From Dendrobates tinctorius (taxonomy: Eukaryota): DNA of 64,000 bases. A program made the position numbers and the translations under genes. The notes under the pieces are model-generated. The model was given only the letters and a program-made list of their open reading frames with translations, was not told the DNA's origin and searched no databases. How positions within the stretch are numbered: the first letter of the stretch is position 1; each line of letters begins with the position of its first letter. The stretch spans positions 26,288,001 to 26,352,000 of the forward strand of contig NW_027361788.1 in NCBI RefSeq assembly GCF_039654945.1. Reading direction: 5' to 3'. This document shows positions 12,013-21,705 of the stretch, piece by piece.

Positions 12013-13140
12013 GTGAAGGAAGTGTCCGTGGTAAAGCCAAAGCCTTCGGTCCAGGAAGAGAGCAAGACCACGACCTTCAAATCTATGATTGAGGTACCCG
12101 AAGACATGCAAGAAGCCTGTGTGGAGGAAGGTGTACATGAGGCTTTCAAAGAGGCAGTCAAAGCGTGTGAGGTGCACTGGGCACCTGAGACTCTGCAGTT
12201 GGTGGTAATATCAGCCAGAGAAGATACATCAAACCGAGTAGCTGTCCTGAGGGAAATGCATTTACAATGTCTCCACGCCAAACAGCTGGTCAGGCGGAGT
12301 AATATGAAGGCTGCTCGTCGCCTAGAGTTGGCGAAGGAGGCTATGGATCGGCTGAGTTTGCGGAAAGGTGTGGTCCCGATACCCAAAGCTCTGATTGGAA
12401 GAATCATTGGAAGGTCCGGGAAGGTAATGCAAGACCTTGTGAATATCTCCGGTGTGGTGAGGGCGAGGGCGAGGATCCCTCCTGATGATGAAGACCTGGT
12501 ATCCAGTGAAATGGATAGAGTTCCCATCATGGTGGTTGACTCCGTGGAGAGCTTGAGAAACTTTCGGATGCTCGTGGAGTACCTGCAAGAAATTGAGCAG
12601 TTGAGGCTGGACCATCGACGAATCAATAAAGAAATACGGGATACCAGGTGGCAGCCGCCTCCAACCCAAGATGTAAGGACCCGATCGGTTCCTCCAAGAA
12701 GTGACATGGCAGATGATAGAAGAGTGTCAGCACGGGGTAGTTCGACTGGCAGGATGACGTTGAAAGACCATAGTTCCTGTGAGACGCTGAATGGGTCAGA
12801 CTTTGGCCAGACAGTAGGTCCGATTAGAACTGATGACCGTACCAACCGGGAGAGCCGGTCAGTGAGAGAAAGGTCAGGTGACGAAGCGCACTATAAGAGT
12901 GTGGTGACTAAACAGTGTCTGATGACGCAGACAAATCGGGACTGGAGGATCAAAGACAATGACCAGTATTATGACCACTGGGAGCGGGGGAGGCCGTATG
13001 ACAAATGGAGACGGTTCTCTCGACCCAGGGGGCAAGGTGTAGTGAGTGCCCGGTCTCGAGAACCGTTATGCTGTGTGTTCAACCCCACAGGTTTGAACAT
13101 AGGGGGAGGTATGTGGTGTAATGACCGCTGTGTCCACTAG
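12013..13140 (+). CDS. Retro-captured FXR1/FMR1-family KH-domain protein (KH0-KH2-NES plus R/S/D-rich tail)
   Basis: [15 protein letters not shown]...[11 protein letters not shown]...PETLQL...EMHL vs FXR1 FKCTVDVPEDLREAC...HKDFKKAVGAC...PETTQL...DMHL; [28 protein letters not shown] vs [38 protein letters not shown] vs YLKEVEQLRM. Start codon is GTG, so the true start is uncertain. Confidence 0.85.
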   Translation: [375 protein letters not shown]

Positions 13141-13884
13141 GGGGCGCTGTGCGGATGTCCTAGGAGAAAGGATGAATGGCAGAACCATGAAGGACCGTTA
13201 TGTATCTCAAGGTGGGTGGCCTTGAGATGGAGACTGATGCATGTATTGACCAGCAGTAATACTGCTGAGGTGTCATTTCTACGTATTAGGGAGAAGTCTC
13301 CAGGTAACTAGAGAGTTGGGAGGGCCTGGTTACCTACAAACCCACCCAAGGGATGTGTCTGGAAACGCCTGTAGTAAAGATGTGTGAGTGCTTGAAGGAC
13401 CTGTGATGAGGTCATAGCCATGTGACCCGATGGGCGTGGCTACAGACCATATAAGGCGGCCAGGGTAGGTCACATAGGGTGAATGCTGGGACCTGGTTGG
13501 TCCAGTGTGGAAGGTCCCGCTAGGAGAAGCATCTCCTGGCTAACAGCCTGTGGAGTGGCTGTGTGTCATGGCTGCCAGCGTCTGAGTGTCCCAGAGAAGA
13601 GAGTGGATGTCTGCAGCGTGGGGAAACCCTGAAGTGGGTGAGATAATGATGAGGCTGAAGAGCCTGAGTATGGACATTGAGTAACCTGTGTGACCACAGG
13701 CTTAACCAGAGTAAAGCACTATAATGGACGCTATGCTGTAATGCTGTTTATGTTGCTTCTATGGGTTTATGAAGGAGGAATAAACCGCATGGACTGTGTT
13801 ATGCTTTATGGAAACCTGTGCCGGACGTGATTATTCGCTACCAAGCGAGTGTTCCCCAACCCTGAACTACAGCGCTACCTCACA
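13112..13884 (+). repeat. 3' LTR (773 bp)
   Basis: Direct repeat of 9082-9868, preceded by the polypurine tract at 13101-13109. Confidence 0.95.
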
Positions 13885-15360
13885 ACATGTCCAACTATTC
13901 AATGTTTCAGTACTTCTTGCACAACTTGCTGTTCTCTAACAAGGAACTTAATGGCAAAATTCACAATAGGTGTTTGATCCATGAAACACCTAATACATTT
14001 CAAGGTACAATTAGAATTGGTATTAAGCAGTCCCCCACATCATGCTGGTCACATTTTGACATCTTGAGACCAAGACTACAGCTAACAATAGATCAACAGT
14101 CTCTCGACAAAACACGCATAGAGGTGCTGGGCAGCGTGGTTCTACTAACGACAATGGCACATGGCCTGTATTATTGAGCTATGTCTGGGTAAATATTCTG
14201 CTGCTCCACAGGGGTTACTGCCAGTGCAATTTACCAACACCCAGTAGCATCAATAGGTTTTCGTTCTCTACAATGATCCCATTGCCTTGTAATTTTTAAC
14301 ATGGCTATGTACCTGTATACTCGATGTATTGTTTGTAACCAATTGTAATTTATAATGTGTACATGAAAGTTGCACTATGTTTGAAACATGCTGTTCCACC
14401 TGTTTTTAAGGGGCTTGTTTGTACTGTTAAGTTCTTCTGCTGTGTGATTTTTTTTTTTTTTACTATAAAGATTATTGTTTGATTAATTATGATATCATTC
14501 GAATTTATACATGATATACCTTAAGTGGCGGTATTGGTCTGAATTAATCTCTATAGTGGTTACCCCCACGTTATTATTTTTTGATGTACTATGGGTCTGC
14601 AAACCATTTTCATTACATTAACTGCACTTTCTCCAGACCTGAATCCCATAGAAAACCATTGGGATCAGCTGAGTAGAGGCTCGCAACTCAGTACCCCAGA
14701 ATGTTACTGACCTGAGAGACCTCAGGAGACAATAACTCCACTTGTGAACAGCACGAGACGTCGTGGTCAAGCTGTAATTGATGCTCAAGGCCACATTACA
14801 AATTATTGAGACATTGACATTTTTTGAGGGGTATACCCACCACTGTTGTTGACTTTTGTTTCAATAAATTGTTTGAGGTGAGGAAATCACCATTGCATTA
14901 TACTTAAATGCCTGACGTTCATGACAAAATAGCAATGTAGTGTGAACTTTTAAAATTTTCCATAAATTTCACCCGAAAGCCTTTGGCTTTTGGGTGAAAT
15001 TTGTGGAGAACCTAGAAAGTTCATGCTACAGTGATACATATTTATATATGTATCTCACGCTGAACCAATCCATGGGACTCAATTTACCAGACTGAAGCCT
15101 GAGTTTCCTCTGTACTCATCAGCATACTATTATCTTGCAGTATGGATGGAATGGTACATCATGGCAGATGTCACTATTCTCCATACAAAGGCATTGAATG
15201 AAAAACAGGAAACAAATATTGGGGCACTTCCCTTTTTTCCCCCCCCCACAAGGGGAGCATTTGGGTGACATATGCCACTGTATGGGAGGATACATCCAAG
15301 CCATAGATGTAACAAACGTCACGCATTTTGCAATGATTATCCACATAGGAGGTCACCTAC

Positions 15361-15414
15361 CTTCATTCCTAGTTCACCTGGAGGCCCGGGCTCTCCCTTT
15401 GCCCCTGGAGGTCC
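15361..15414 (-). CDS. col27a1: Collagen XXVII exon, 54 bp
   Basis: ttttag|GPPGAKGEPGPPGELGMK|gtaggt; recalled human GPPGAVGEPGLPGEAGMK. Confidence 0.9.
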
Positions 15415-16330
15415 CTAAAATGAAAGACACAAAAAAACCATGCTAATATTAATTGTATATTTCAACAGACTCTGCCATAAAGCCTTACACATATTGTGTA
15501 ATATTTTAAGTTAAACTAGAAAAGGAGAGGCCTGAGAATGTAAGTCATGTAACGGGGGAGTTACAATGACTTTATCTTGCATTACTAAGACTCTGTGCAC
15601 ACTGTATTCAAGTATTTCATCATGATGAGTTGCATATGTCATCCATTGGTCACAATGTAAAAAAAACCTCACAGGAAACCACAGTATTTTTGTGGTGTTA
15701 CACTGTAGGGAAACGTACAGTCAGCTTTACAACAATCCTCTATCAGGTCCGTGCTGCCCCAAAGAAATCATCACTTTCCCAAAGAGAACAGATCTGGGCT
15801 GTACCGGACCTTCACCTAACGTGGGGCCATTACTACCCAGCTCATTCATGGGTTCTCATCTAAGGTCTATGCTTCTGCTACAGCGTAAGTTCATGCAATT
15901 TGTACCAAAGCCAATACTCTAAGCCAGAATCTAATTCCTGACCCCAAATTGCCTTTTTGGGCTGAATCTCCACAGTGTAATGAGTTTATAATGGTTTTGA
16001 CATTTGTTTTGTAAGTTCAGATTATTTTGGATAAACTCAAGAATGTAGAAACAACGCTCCTGAATACCAAGCCGACCATGTGTAGAAGGCTATGTAGGCA
16101 GGATGGATTTGGGACATCTTACACTTCATCTAAAGTGGTCAGTCACCTACCTATGATAAAGTGAACAGTGGCACCAGAGATTGTGACTGGGAAACATTTA
16201 TCAAAAGTGAAAAGTAAAGTGCACTATTAACGATGGCATCCGCAAATATTCAGAGAACCTCCAAACACAAAAATGTTTAAGTGAACCACAGTCAATAGTC
16301 TAATAAGTAGCATAAATCACACAAATTTAA

Positions 16331-16950
16331 AGGGGTATTCTCATCTTCTGCTTTCATTCATATCCCATGGATAGGTCATATCACATGGACAGAAACTCCA
16401 ACACCTCTCCAATGAAAGTGGGGTGCATAAGGACCCAGTTCTCGAGATATATGCAAGTCTGCTAGTAGGATCCTCGTGTACTATACTTTTATGCCCTACC
16501 ATGTCGATATGTTATAAATGTACAAGATGGGAATACACCTTTAAAAGGGGTTATCAACTACTTGCACAATCCCGAGTAAAATAAAGAAAACCCTTATATT
16601 CTCATTACTCACATTGGCTCCATTCCAGAGCTGTCAGCACCAGATCTCCAGCAGCTTAGCATGACTTTATGTCATGTCACATGAGCGCTGCAGTCAATCA
16701 GTGGCCACTAATGAGCTGCAGCACTCACACCCCAACCCCCTGACCTCTCTGGAGGTCAGAATTTCATCTGATGAAAGCGTAAGCAAAGCAGCCCATTATT
16801 GACCACGGATTGGCTGCAGCACTCAAGATATAACAATGTCACGCAAGCATCCGGAGACCTGGCACCAACAACGCTGGTGTGGTAGGTAACAAGGTTTTTT
16901 TGTTTTTTGTTCTAGGGGGTACTACACTTATGTAGTGAACAAGCCCTTTA
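16331..16950. mobile_element. Two adjacent T2/Kolobok-type MITEs
   Basis: TTAA|AGGGGTATTCTCATCTT...AAGATGGGAATACACCT|TTAA then AGGGGTTATCAACTAC...GTAGTGAACAAGCCCT|TTAA. Confidence 0.65.
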
Positions 16951-16983
16951 AGGACAATACATTACATTTATCTTTCAGTATAC

Positions 16984-17037
16984 CTTATGTCCAATTTCTC
17001 CAATTGACCCTATAGGTCCTTGTGGTCCTGGTGGGCC
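16984..17037 (-). CDS. col27a1: Collagen XXVII exon, 54 bp
   Basis: ttgcag|GPPGPQGPIGSIGEIGHK|gtatac; recalled human GPQGPQGPIGPPGEMGPK. Confidence 0.88.
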
Positions 17038-17548
17038 CTGCAAAAGACAGTGGAGATTCACAATTACATTTGGCAAGTGATGTAGGAATTTTGGCAAAGG
17101 AAGAAGAAACTGAAAATGACAACAATAAAGGAATTGGCTTTAAATATGTACTTCAATGAACCCAATTAGTTAGGTGCTTTTGTAATGTGTCATGATGTGA
17201 CCTCCGCATACTAACTATAACCCCGTCAGGAAACGACTAGTGAGCTGAAGCATTAACAATATAAAGAAAATAAAATGGCTTCCGGATGGAGATGGATCAG
17301 GACAAAATACACACATACTGTATATAACGGTTATATGCAACTTTTGAGACACAGTACATGGTGAAACAAAGCCTAAGAGGATATCTAAAAGTCTTCTAAA
17401 GAATATAAAAGACATTTAAAAGATCTGCATGGGCCTAATGTGTTGTACTAGGCCAATACCATGTTACGGAGTATAACTCTGATGTTTGTCATCAAAAGCG
17501 GCACATGCAAGCCAAAAAATACCAAATATAAGAAAGCATGATCCTTAC

Positions 17549-17602
17549 CGCGTTCCCTGGGATTCCCTTTTCCCCCGGTGAGCCGGAGGGCCCTGGAATT
17601 CC
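17549..17602 (-). CDS. col27a1: Collagen XXVII exon, 54 bp
   Basis: ttacag|GIPGPSGSPGEKGIPGNA|gtaagg; recalled human GIPGPSGPPGTKGLPGEP. Confidence 0.88.
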
Positions 17603-17676
17603 CTGTAATAATAGTATGTATGAATAACACTGATTGAGAAAAAGATCACAACTGACATTGCTGTCTGGTCACTTAC

Positions 17677-17721
17677 TGGAAAACCACGTGGCCCGACAAC
17701 TCCTCTCTCTCCTATCTTGCC
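17677..17721 (-). CDS. col27a1: Collagen XXVII exon, 45 bp
   Basis: gttcag|GKIGERGVVGPRGFP|gtaagt; recalled human GVAGERGHLGSRGFP. Confidence 0.88.
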
Positions 17722-17821
17722 CTGAACATATAAACATCTTACTGTGAGTGTCTCATATTCAGTGATATTGTGCCCTATGTTTATTTGTCATTTACAAAAC
17801 AATTTTATATGAGTTACGTAC

Positions 17822-17866
17822 CTGAGGTCCAACTAGTCCTTCTTTGCCCTGCACTCCTTGAGGTCC
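17822..17866 (-). CDS. col27a1: Collagen XXVII exon, 45 bp
   Basis: ttatag|GPQGVQGKEGLVGPQ|gtacgt; Gly-X-Y in phase, position matches recalled human GPPGPQGRPGRPGQQ. Confidence 0.85.
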
Positions 17867-17954
17867 CTATAAACAGGTTTTGCAAGCGGTGAATAATATG
17901 ACATATCAACATGGCAAAAAGTTTAGGTTACAGATAGAGATACATATTATTATC

Positions 17955-19148
17955 TAAATCCCATCAATATTTGGTGACCGCCCTTTGCCTTCACCAATTC
18001 TTCTAGGTACTTGTAAACAGTTTTTGAAGGAACTCGGCAGGAGGTTGTTCCAAACATCTTGGAGAACTGACCACAGATCTTCTGTGTACGAGGCTTGTAA
18101 AAATCCTTCTGTCTCTTCATGTGATCCCAGACAGACTGGATGATGTGAGATCAGGGATCTGTGGGGCCGGATCATTACTTCCAGGACTCTTTGTTCTTAT
18201 TTACCTTGAAGATAGTTCTTACTGACAGTAGCTGTATGTTTGGGGGTTAATGTCTTGCTGCAGAATAAATTTGGAGTCAATCCGATGTCTCCTCGATGGT
18301 ATTACATATTACTGTTTTTCTCAGCATTTAGAACACCATTAAGCCTGCCCATAATGACTCATTTTTGTGCTGCTCTCCAGACTGTCAGCGAACAAACTGC
18401 CTTCTGTTTTAGCCAAATATTTCACATTTTAACTTATCAGTCCAGAGCACCTGCTGCCATTTTCCTGTACCCCAGTTCCTATTTTTTGTGAATATTAAGC
18501 AGCTTGGCCTTCTTTCCATGTTGAAGGTATAGTGATTTGGCCAGAATTCTTTTATGAAGACCACTTATGAGCAGACTTCTTCGAACAGTAGATGTAGCTG
18601 GGTCCCACTGATTGCAGCCAGTTCTGAGCTGATGGCACTGCTGGACATCTTCTAAGTTTGAAGGGAAGTAAGCCTCATTTGTCTTTCATCTGCTGCATGT
18701 TTCCTTGACTAACTACAACCTGCATTTACAGTCCTCATCGTTCCCATTTCTTATTGCTTGAACAGCGCATCTGTAACCCCGGTCTGCATGGAAATATTTA
18801 TCAGTGTAACTACCTTGTGTCTTGTTGCTCTGTTTAACTTTGCCGTGGTGTTTGACCTGTGATATGGAAAAAGATCAAGCAGTTCTGGATGTGATGATAT
18901 GACTGCTTCAGAGCCCTGATCTTTACAGAGTTTCTTCAAAAAACTATGTGCAAGTGAACCTAGAAAAAATTTTGCTGTTGTGACAGCAATGGGTGTTCAC
19001 CCCAAATATTGATGAGATTTACATTTATATTTTGTTCATTCACTTTTCACATTGTTAATTGATAAAAAATAAACTATTAACACTTCTATGTAAGAAGCTT
19101 CTTTCTCAGCAATTTTCCACACTTGTGTAAAACCTTTTCAGAGTACTG
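17955..19148 (-). mobile_element. Heavily decayed Tc1 relic
   Basis: Remnant peptide SLISHHPV...EDLWSVLQDVWNNL; terminus AAAACCTTTTCAGAGTACTG|TA. Confidence 0.55.
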
Positions 19149-19653
19149 TATGACATTTAAATTATAACACCAAAAAGCGAAAGTCATGCAATTATGAAAA
19201 TCATTGTATCTATAAATAATGTTAATTATTTGCAATTGATGAAAAAAATGAAACAAAATTTTCAAAACATTTCAATTTAATCAGTATCAAGTATGAGTGG
19301 CACATGCAGAAATACACACAATCTGTTTTTTAACACAACTCTAGGCCGCAGCTTTCTGGTGTTAATGAGAAGAGCAAAAAACAATCACACAGCCAAAAAC
19401 ATATGTGCAGCTTGTCTACACCTTGCTATTGAATGACTATTTTGGAGCTGTGCTTTAGCTGTAAAAAAAATTACCAAATTGCAGACAAGTTGCACACGCG
19501 CCAGAGTCGCATGTGACTTGCATTAAAGTCTATGGCAAGTGAGTCGCATGTGACTTGAGAGTTTTGCAGTTGCAGGAGGTCACAGTGTGACATCATAGGA
19601 AATCATTAGATGTGATGTTGCGTGACACATGTTGCAGTGTAGAAGTGGTCTAA

Positions 19654-20005
19654 GGCTGTGTGCACACGCTGCGGATTCTGCTGCAGTTCCGCAGCGGATT
19701 TGGCCCTGCGGATCCGCAGCAGAAAAGCTGCGGTGTACAGTACCATTATTCCCTATGGGAAATGGAAACCGCAGTGCAGATGCTGCAGAATTTTCCGCGG
19801 TTTCTAAACCGCAGAAAGAATTGACATGTCAATTCTTTCTGCGGATTCCGCAGCGGTTTCCAACTCCTCCATTGTGGAGATGGTAAAACCGCAGGGAAAA
19901 ACCGCAGGATATTCTGCAGGTCTTTTGACCTGCGGATTTATCTGCGGATTTTGAAAATCCGCGCGGATCAATCCGCAGCAGATTCCACAGCGTGTGCACA
20001 CAGCC
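19654..20005. mobile_element. PIF/Harbinger-type palindromic MITE
   Basis: TAA|GGCTGTGTGCACACGCTG...CAGCGTGTGCACACAGCC|TAA; related copy at 60532-60889. Confidence 0.85.
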
Positions 20006-20184
20006 TAAGGGTTTTTTCCACTAATTTGCCTACCTGACAATGTCTTTGCTAGTAAATACTTGCCATTACTCTGTTATTTCTTCTATAAATTTATTAATAA
20101 TTTGACAAGTAGGCGCTGCCAATTGGAGGCATATTCCTGACACCAATCAATGCTGACTTGATAGGGCCACACCCCTTTTATTAA

Positions 20185-21510
20185 AGAAAAGAGGGGAGAA
20201 GCCAGCGCTGCCTACGGTCAGAACGCAATACATAAAGTGCATATACATATATTGATTTCTAACTGTACTTTAAAATGAGACAATTAGCAAACAATTGATC
20301 AATTCTTTGAGCCACCCCACCACGTCACTCTCATATGGGGCAGTCCTACTCTGTTTTTTATATTCGCTGTGTCATTATGGCCTCCTAAAAGCAAGACTAT
20401 ATTAAATGCAAAATGTACCTGAAGAAAAGAATTGATCAACTGTTTGCTAAATATCTCATTTTAAAGTACAGTTAGAAATCAATATGTGCATATGCACTTT
20501 ATGTATTGCGTTCTGACTATAGGCAGCGCTGGCTTCCCCCCTCTTTATTTGATATTGGTTTGTGGCTGGCTACCACTTTTGCTGTGCGCGCTTGGTTATG
20601 CATGCCATTCTCTATCTGTCTTTATTAAGATTGATCTAGGCTACTGTTCACACATACAGCAGCCCTTCCCTCCCCCAGGCTCTATTTCATTATGCACCTG
20701 TGTCTGGACCTGCTTCACCCTTCATCTATGGTTGTTGGTATGGCAGTGTGGTGGCCAGATCTGAAATGTCCATGTCCGGACCTGGTCGGCCTTTATCTGC
20801 GCTTGCCCTTCTGGCGTCATGGGAGTGTTTTAGAAATGCTTCAGGTATGATTGCATTTAATATAGTCTTGCTTTTAATACATTTAGGAGGCCATAATGGC
20901 ACAGCGTATATAAAAAACGTAGAGTAGGACTGCCCCATATGAGAATGTCTTGGCGTGGCGGCTCAAAGAATTGATCAATTGTTTGCTAAATGTCTCATTT
21001 TAAAGTACAGTAAGGCTAGTTTCAGACTAGCGTTCGGAGGCGCAGCGCAGGGCCGCCACTAAGCTCCGCCCCTGGTCGCTCCTCCTCCGGTCAGCTCCTC
21101 CTCTGATCGCATGACGCTGCATGAGATCAGCATACCCTATATTTAGCGTTGGGTACGCTGGCCGTGCGCTGGGCTGATTTTGCCAGCGCTTGCGAACTCT
21201 TGGCGCTGCGCGAGCGCACAAAACCGTACTGTGTTGCATTTTTGTGCGCTCGGCGCAGCGCCAGCAAAATCAGCCCAGCGCACGGCCAGCGTACCCAACG
21301 CTAAATATAGGGTACGCTGATCGCATGCAGCATAATACGATCAGAGGAGGAGCTGACCGGAGGAGGTGCGGCCGGGGGCGTTGCTTAGTGGCGGCCCTGC
21401 GCCTCCAAACGCTAGTCTGAAACTAGCCTTAGAAATCAATATGTGTATATGCACTTTATGTATTGCGTTCTGACCATAGGTAGTGCTGGCCTCCCCCCTC
21501 TTTATTTCCT
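20185..21510. repeat. Three copies (one forward, two inverted) of a ~130-220 bp segment; Penelope-like terminal repeat debris
   Basis: 20185-20390 is reverse-complementary to 20425-20550 and to 20885-21010 + 21430-21510. Confidence 0.6.
21014..21428. mobile_element. Harbinger-type near-perfect palindromic MITE
   Basis: TAA|GGCTAGTTTCAGACTAGCGTT...AACGCTAGTCTGAAACTAGCC|TTA; empty site visible in the sister repeat at 20463-20485. Confidence 0.88.
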
Positions 21511-21705
21511 TTTATTAAAGAGAATGAATCTAAATAGCTGTAAAGTTATATTTACATTTACAGGAGGAAAAATAAAAGAACACCACAGTGCAGAATTATG
21601 AGTAAAGATGTTCTAGAATTATGGGGAGTAAAAACAATTACTAAAACAGGACATACAAGACGTGCGGAAAGCACCTCTTTGAATGATATTACATATTTAT
21701 TTAAC

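Larger units (their letters stand above)
9082..13884 (+). mobile_element. Non-autonomous Gypsy (Gmr1-like) LTR retroelement carrying a captured FXR1-like sequence
   Basis: Direct LTRs TGTGG...TCACA at 9082-9868 and 13112-13884; PBS right after 5' LTR; PPT AGGGGGAGG before 3' LTR; 3.2-kb interior with no RT (YxDD) or integrase motifs. Confidence 0.93.
8960..14982 (+). mobile_element. Old, internally deleted Tc1 relic that hosts the LTR element
   Basis: TA|CACTGCTCACAAAAAG...GGCTTTTCGGGTGAAA at left, inverted TTTCACCCGAAAGCC at ~14970; [14 protein letters not shown] remnant at ~14630. Confidence 0.6.

Noticed and set aside
11991-12845. 284-aa antisense ORF
   Set aside because: Shadow of the sense KH ORF with no recognisable motifs
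12013-13140. Calling this the host fxr1 gene or a simple processed pseudogene
   Set aside because: No introns, no Agenet domains, no poly-A or TSD around the segment, and it lies between LTRs, reading into the 3' LTR
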